A DNA stretch of 53,182 bases from Nitrospiraceae bacterium (GTDB lineage: Bacteria; Nitrospirota; Nitrospiria; Nitrospirales; Nitrospiraceae): contig JBBIQV010000017.1 in assembly GCA_037442105.1 (NCBI GenBank), positions 1 to 53,182 on the forward strand, read 5' to 3'. The translations under genes were made by a program, and so were the position numbers. Under the pieces are notes generated by a model. The model worked only from the letters and a program-made list of their open reading frames with translations. It made no database searches and was not told the origin of the DNA. This document shows, piece after piece, positions 48,213-53,182 of the stretch (position 1 is the first letter of the stretch; each line of letters opens with the position of its first letter).

Positions 48213-48412
48213 TCATATGAGATCATCCACCATCACACATTCGATTTCTTTCACGTGCCGTAGACTGTGATCATTCCCATAGAAACGCGTCGCTTGATGG
48301 GCGATGGCCGTGGCAAGCTGAACGGCATCCGGTGTGCTGAGACGATATTGGTGTCGAGACCGATTAGTTCGCGTTCGTTGGAGAGACTCCGCCCGCTGGG
48401 CGCCGCTACCAC
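48213..48412 (-). pseudogene. VapC (PIN) toxin with a large internal deletion
   Basis: MVAAPSGRSLSNERELIGLDTNI is joined out of frame to YRLSTPDAVQLATAIAHQATRFYGNDHSLRHVKEIECVMVDDLI*. Confidence 0.75.
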
Positions 48413-48495
48413 GACCTGCGTTCTTGCTTTAGATAGCCGGATGAATGGTGAGACCTCGTAACATTCGTGTATAGCGATTGGGATTGGGCATCAAG
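48406..48495 (-). pseudogene. Decayed AbrB/VapB antitoxin C-terminus
   Basis: LMPNPNRYTRMLRGL and GYLKQERRSW* overlap the VapC GTG start. Confidence 0.6.
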
Positions 48496-48590
48496 AAGGT
48501 AAAGCACCTCAACAGGACTTCCCTGATCACACGACCACACTTTGGTCATGCGGGTTCCGCAAGCACAGGAGGTTGGGAAAGTAGTCCCCT

Positions 48591-49613
48591 CTACTTGGGG
48601 TCGCTGCCGGAACCGATGCCGGTTGATTCGTCTTTGACAGGGAAGAATGGTGAGGCCGTAACCGGCATTGGAGCGGACTCGTTATTTGAAAACGGCAGAT
48701 CGAGCAACGCATAGGGGTTCACGCGGGCGCCGTTCACCTTCACGCCCCAATGGAGATGCGGGCCGGTGGCGCGGCCGGTGGCGCCGACTTTGCCGATGAG
48801 TTGGCCGGCTTTCACCAAGTCACCGTCTTTAACGAGGATTTCGGAAAGATGGAAATACATAGAATAGAGACCGAGCCCGTGGTCGAGAAAAATGCCTCTG
48901 CCTGAAAAGATGTGCTCCACGGTCAGCCGGACCACGCCGTCGTTGCTGGCCACCACATCGGTCCCAAGCGGCGCGCCGATATCTTCCCCATTATGGGGAT
49001 TGCGCGGCTGGCCGTTCATGATGCGCACGCTGCCGAAGATACCGGTTTTCTTCCCGTGCACCGGCTCGATGAAGTTCGCTTTCCAGAGGCGGAGGCGGGA
49101 GTCCTCGGCCAGCGCCTTCCTCACCTGTTCTTGTTCCGCTTTCCATCTTGCGAGGCCCTTCTCATCGAGGTCCACCTTGTCTCTGGGAAGCTTCAGGTGC
49201 TCGACCGCAAACTTCTCTTTGATGACCATCACGTTATAGCTCAAGCGGCGCGACTGCTCTCCCACCTTCACGTCCACCGTCAATTCATGCGACCCAGGCT
49301 CATCCTGAAGATCGATGCCCAGCAATCCCAGGTAGCCCGGCGACTCGCCGGCGCGGGGCTCGCGGAAGAAGGAAATCCGTCGATCGAGGAACCGCCCCTC
49401 GACATCGGCCATCACGCCCTCCACCGGCACCTTGACGACAAGGACCTGCCCCTGTTTTCCACTGTATTGTCCATCGATCCCTGCCGGCGCCTGCGTCGCG
49501 CTCGGCAGAATGGTGACCGGGAAGACGCTCGCCAAGAGCACGATGGTGGTGACCAGCATCCGATCAGCCTGCGACAGGCCTGGACGGCCCTCTTGTGTCA
49601 GCGCGCTCGTCAT
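48591..49613 (-). CDS. M23 family metallopeptidase
   Basis: HNGED (HxxxD), LDHGLG, YFHLS, ATGPHLHW; ATGA-coupled to pafA. Confidence 0.92.
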   Translation of the reverse strand: MTSALTQEGRPGLSQADRMLVTTIVLLASVFPVTILPSATQAPAGIDGQYSGKQGQVLVVKVPVEGVMADVEGRFLDRRISFFREPRAGESPGYLGLLGIDLQDEPGSHELTVDVKVGEQSRRLSYNVMVIKEKFAVEHLKLPRDKVDLDEKGLARWKAEQEQVRKALAEDSRLRLWKANFIEPVHGKKTGIFGSVRIMNGQPRNPHNGEDIGAPLGTDVVASNDGVVRLTVEHIFSGRGIFLDHGLGLYSMYFHLSEILVKDGDLVKAGQLIGKVGATGRATGPHLHWGVKVNGARVNPYALLDLPFSNNESAPMPVTASPFFPVKDESTGIGSGSDPK

Positions 49614-50986
49614 CGATAAAACCGTAATCCCGAAACCTGCGAGACTAATTCTTCGACCCGGCGATTCACGGCACTGAAGGGGTCCATACAGAGAATCGTT
49701 TCTTCCCAATAACCGTTCAGCTTCAGATAGGTCCAATCCACCGTATAGGACCGATTCTTAGCCCGCGCAAACCGGATGAAGTCGCCGCGGACCTTCGCTC
49801 TGGTCGTCTGGGGAGGGACCGACATCGCGCGCTGAACCGCCTCTTCATCGACCACGCGCTGGATCAGCCCTCGGAATTCCATCAAATAATACAACCCGCG
49901 GGTGCGTTTGACATCGTGAAACTGCAAATCCAGCAGGAACACGCGCGGATCATCCCAGCCGCAACCTTTCTTATCCACATAGGATTGGATCACGTGCTTC
50001 TTGGTCACCCAATCCACTTCGCGCACCAATTCCATCGGATCGCCTTCCAACCGATCCAGAATCGATGCCCATTTCGCCCAGACATCGTCCAAGATCGGAT
50101 CGTGATCCTGCACGGTCAAATAATCCTTTGCGCGCTCCAAGTAGATCCGCTGAATTTCGACGGCGGTCAACTGCCGGCCATCGTCCAGTTTGACCTTCTT
50201 CTTCAAGCTGGGATCGCGGGAAATCTCACGGATCGACTTGACGGGATCTTCCAGCTCCATGCCCGACACGCAGTATCCATCCTCCACCATCGACAGCACC
50301 AGCGCCGCCGTGCCGACCTTCAAGTAGGTGGCATACTCAGACATATTGGAGTCGCCGACGATGATGTGGAGGCGGCGGTATTTTTCCGCGTCCGCATGCG
50401 GCTCGTCGCGCGTGTTGATGATGCTGCGTGACGACGTCGTGGAGGACGAGGTTTTCTCATGAATGTGCTGCGCGCGCTGCGAAATAAAATACTGCGGCTT
50501 GCCCGAAACCTTGAGCACCTTGCCGGCACCGGCATACACTTGTCTGGTAACGAAGAACGGGATGAGCTGTTCCGTCACCTTCCAGAAATCCACGTCCCGC
50601 CGCATCAGGTAATTCTCGTGGCAGCCGTAAGTGTTGCCGAGCGAGTCTGTATTGTTCTTGAAAATGTAGATTTCGCCGGAGAGCCCCTCTTCCCGTAGCC
50701 GTTCTTCCGCTGCCGGCAAACAGGCTTCCAGCAGCCGCTCGCCCGCCTTGTCGTGGACGACGAGGTCCAGAATGTTGTCGCACTCGGGCGTCGAGTATTC
50801 GGGGTGGCAGCCGGTGTCCTGATAAAACCGCGCGCCGTTGACGAGAAAGGCATTGGACGGCCAGCTATTGGGAATCAGGCCCTCGAAGATGTAGCCGAGA
50901 ACCTTTTCCATCGGCAGATAGATGCGCCCGTTGGGCGAGAAGATCAGTCCGTATTCGTTCTCCAGGCCGAAGATGCGTTGTTTCAT
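49610..50986 (-). CDS. pafA: Pup--protein ligase
   Basis: RIFGLENEYG, NGARFYQDTGCHPEYSTPEC, KNNTDSLGNTYGCHENY, TRDEPHAD, PPQTTRA, VDWTYLKLN...DPF; C-terminus is PafA-like rather than Dop-like. Confidence 0.9.
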   Translation of the reverse strand: MKQRIFGLENEYGLIFSPNGRIYLPMEKVLGYIFEGLIPNSWPSNAFLVNGARFYQDTGCHPEYSTPECDNILDLVVHDKAGERLLEACLPAAEERLREEGLSGEIYIFKNNTDSLGNTYGCHENYLMRRDVDFWKVTEQLIPFFVTRQVYAGAGKVLKVSGKPQYFISQRAQHIHEKTSSSTTSSRSIINTRDEPHADAEKYRRLHIIVGDSNMSEYATYLKVGTAALVLSMVEDGYCVSGMELEDPVKSIREISRDPSLKKKVKLDDGRQLTAVEIQRIYLERAKDYLTVQDHDPILDDVWAKWASILDRLEGDPMELVREVDWVTKKHVIQSYVDKKGCGWDDPRVFLLDLQFHDVKRTRGLYYLMEFRGLIQRVVDEEAVQRAMSVPPQTTRAKVRGDFIRFARAKNRSYTVDWTYLKLNGYWEETILCMDPFSAVNRRVEELVSQVSGLRFYR

Positions 50987-51054
50987 AAGAGCCGGGCCAT
51001 TGGTGTGGTGTGAACAGAATACACCGCGCCCTTCTCGTCTTCAACCGAAGAGGT

Positions 51055-51135
51055 CCGTTAACCGTTATCCGTGGTTCGTCCCCCGTTAACGGATCACGGC
51101 GAACGGATAACGGATAACGGTAAACGGAGAACGGA
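51055..51135. repeat. Inverted pair of heptamer arrays (CCGTTAx / xAACGGA)
   Basis: ccgttaaccgttatccgtggttcgt ... aacggatcacggcgaacggataacggataacggtaaacggagaacgg. Confidence 0.85.
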
Positions 51136-51143
51136 AGAGAAGA

Positions 51144-52580
51144 TCAGTAGGCAATCTTAATGCTCACCCCGCCGGCGTAGAAGGTCGATTGGTAGGTGCC
51201 GTTGACGGTAGGATTCAGGTTGTTGGTGATCGTGCGCTGCTCGTAGAACGCAGTCTGGAAGGACAGATCCAGCCCGACGCTTTTGGGTTTGATCGCACCG
51301 AATCCGAGCTTGCCGCAGCGGGTCAGACCCAAGAAGGACCCATTCTCCTTGCACAGCAATCCGAGCCCAATCGCGGGAGTGAACGCATCCGATGAGGGGA
51401 TACCGGGATCGAAGGTATCACTCGGCATCTGTGTCTGTTGATTCGTGAACCCGGCCCGCAAGGCAACTTCCCAGTCGGGAAGCGAGACCGGCCTGAGCCA
51501 TTTGTATTCAGTGCCGATCATGACGCTGTAGGAACCGAGCCAATTCTGAGGCTGCGGGATAAACTTCTGCCCGGTTGAAGTACAGACACTCGCACAGTGA
51601 ACGTCCAGGTTACGCACCGATTTCCAGCCCACAAAATCCACATCGAGCTCGAGTTTCCATTCGTGGTCTGCGTCACGAACCGGCCACAGGGCAATGGCTC
51701 CGGTAATCACCTGTGGCAAGACAAATGTGGCAGTCCCATCCGAGACTTTCGACCCGTTCCTCAAGAGAGCGCCGTCCAGATGCAGCGTAGCTTGGCTCCG
51801 ATAGACAACTCCTACATTCACGAGCGGTTTGCCGTTCGCGTTGCGGAATGGCGTGTACAACAGGCTGGCATTGAACCCGGCGGCCGTATCCTTTCCAAAC
51901 AACTCAGTCGACGCTCCATTAGCCGAGACGGATCGTTTCTCCACATGCCCCTCGCCGAACAGACCTGTGTAGGTATAGATGTCCGCTCCAAGGCCGAATG
52001 AAAGCTGATCGTTCAGCTTGTAGGCGATGGTGGGTTTGATGTCCAAGAGCGGATTCGTCGTAAACGTCACTGCGGTTCTGAACGGACCATTTTCCGGATA
52101 TCGGGTCAAGGAGCCATACGGCACGGTGACGCCGATGCCGACGGTGAGATCGCCAAGAGCCGAGATCCCGACATCCTTCAGATTGGCCGTCAGGTAAAAG
52201 TGACCCGGAGTAGGCCACGCCAGGTTTCCGCCTCGATCCCCTGTTGCCGTGGCGCCGGTCGGGCTGGTGAAGTTCGTGACACCGCCGACGAGCAATGCGC
52301 CGAACATGTTCTGAACCCCATGGAGCTGCGTCATCCCGGCAGGGTTGTAATGCAAGGCCGAGGGGTCGTCGGCCTGCGCGGCAAAAGCATTCCCTTGGCC
52401 TGACGCAGCGGTTCCTTGTCCCTGAATACGGGGGGCTTGGGCGCGAACTTCACAAGGATCGCTCAACAAGAACCAAAACAGACAGGCCCAGCAACCGAAG
52501 AGAGCCAGCACACCGGATCGGTGAGAATTCAGGAGAGCATCGGTAGATCGGCCGGACGGCAGTAACGCGTTTTTCTTCAT
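51144..52580 (-). CDS. OmpP1/FadL family outer membrane transporter
   Basis: GNAFAAQADDPSALHYNPAGM, TVPYG, IKPTIAYKLNDQLSFGLG, C-terminal aromatic residue. Confidence 0.9.
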   Translation of the reverse strand: MKKNALLPSGRSTDALLNSHRSGVLALFGCWACLFWFLLSDPCEVRAQAPRIQGQGTAASGQGNAFAAQADDPSALHYNPAGMTQLHGVQNMFGALLVGGVTNFTSPTGATATGDRGGNLAWPTPGHFYLTANLKDVGISALGDLTVGIGVTVPYGSLTRYPENGPFRTAVTFTTNPLLDIKPTIAYKLNDQLSFGLGADIYTYTGLFGEGHVEKRSVSANGASTELFGKDTAAGFNASLLYTPFRNANGKPLVNVGVVYRSQATLHLDGALLRNGSKVSDGTATFVLPQVITGAIALWPVRDADHEWKLELDVDFVGWKSVRNLDVHCASVCTSTGQKFIPQPQNWLGSYSVMIGTEYKWLRPVSLPDWEVALRAGFTNQQTQMPSDTFDPGIPSSDAFTPAIGLGLLCKENGSFLGLTRCGKLGFGAIKPKSVGLDLSFQTAFYEQRTITNNLNPTVNGTYQSTFYAGGVSIKIAY

Positions 52581-52598
52581 TCCGTCGGTCTACCGTTC

Positions 52599-53182
52599 TT
52601 AGCGCGACAGCGTCGCCCCCGGATGTCCGAACCAATACTCCACCACCCGCTTCAACTCTGCCAGGTCGAACGGCTTGAGGACATAGGCTTGAGCCCCCAA
52701 GCTCACCGCCTGAACCGCCTTGTCTTTCGACCCGGACGCCGTGACCATGACAACCGGAAGTCGTGCGCCATATTCTCTGATTTGCCGCACCACTTCAAGC
52801 CCGTCCATGTCCGGCATGCCGATATCGAGGATCATGCCGTCGTAGGCTCCGCCGCGAAGAGCTTCGAGTGCGTGCACACCGGCAACAGCAGTCTCGACAC
52901 AGTACCCATCCGAGCTGAGTCGATCATACAGAAGCTGCCGGATGTCCGGGTCGTCGTCCACCACCAATATGCGTTTGCCTCCGGTGGCGTGAAAAGCCAG
53001 GGGAAGCTCTAAGGTCGGACGAAGGGGCAGGGTAAAAGAGAATTCTGTGCCCTTGCCGACTTCGCTTCGAACCTGAATCTTGCCGCCATGGAGCTCGACG
53101 AGCGACTTCACGATGGACAGGCCCAATCCGAGTCCCTGGGGCACACCCCGTCGATCCTGGCTCACACGGAAAAACGGATCGA
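52599..53182 (-). CDS. Hybrid sensor histidine kinase/response regulator, C-terminal part
   Basis: [24 protein letters not shown], then a receiver domain (ILVVDDD, LDIGMP, KPF); frame open to the window edge. Confidence 0.9.
   Translation of the reverse strand, partial: DPFFRVSQDRRGVPQGLGLGLSIVKSLVELHGGKIQVRSEVGKGTEFSFTLPLRPTLELPLAFHATGGKRILVVDDDPDIRQLLYDRLSSDGYCVETAVAGVHALEALRGGAYDGMILDIGMPDMDGLEVVRQIREYGARLPVVMVTASGSKDKAVQAVSLGAQAYVLKPFDLAELKRVVEYWFGHPGATLSR

Noticed and set aside
1..53182. tRNA, rRNA or riboswitch (e.g. TPP near thiL)
   Set aside because: No recognisable motif; thiL starts 1 nt after the lon stop, leaving no leader.

Overview
A GC-rich bacterial window, most likely Nitrospirota (Nitrospira-like); this is inferred from gene order, a PafA-type ligase in a diderm LPS producer and the intergenic repeats. 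Most of it (about 7.5-41.4 kb, minus strand) is an envelope supercluster: bamA, 2x skp, fabZ, lpxA, lpxI, a GnnA-like oxidoreductase, lpxB, msbA, a DUF374 acyltransferase, waaA, lpxK, a waaF-gmhB fusion, two more heptosyltransferases, many GT2/GT4 genes, rmlD, waaL-like, rmlB, rmlA and wzm. It is followed by galU-lon-thiL-DUF2062-HD protein (plus strand) and by M23 peptidase, pafA, FadL-type OMP and a partial hybrid kinase (minus strand). Five unusual layers sit on this backbone. (1) A ~7 kb zone between two wzm paralogues is built from toxin-antitoxin modules and relics, punctuated by two extra wzm 3' tails and a ~1 kb duplication. (2) A 189-bp MITE has both its filled and empty site in the window. 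(3) The DUF374 gene is split at an in-frame A_AAA_AAG/A9 slippery site. (4) About 15 sequence-diverse 6-7-nt tandem repeat arrays, often as inverted pairs, sit at gene junctions. (5) Toxin genes are repeatedly deleted while antitoxins are kept. All family assignments are by-eye motif recognition; no searches were run.
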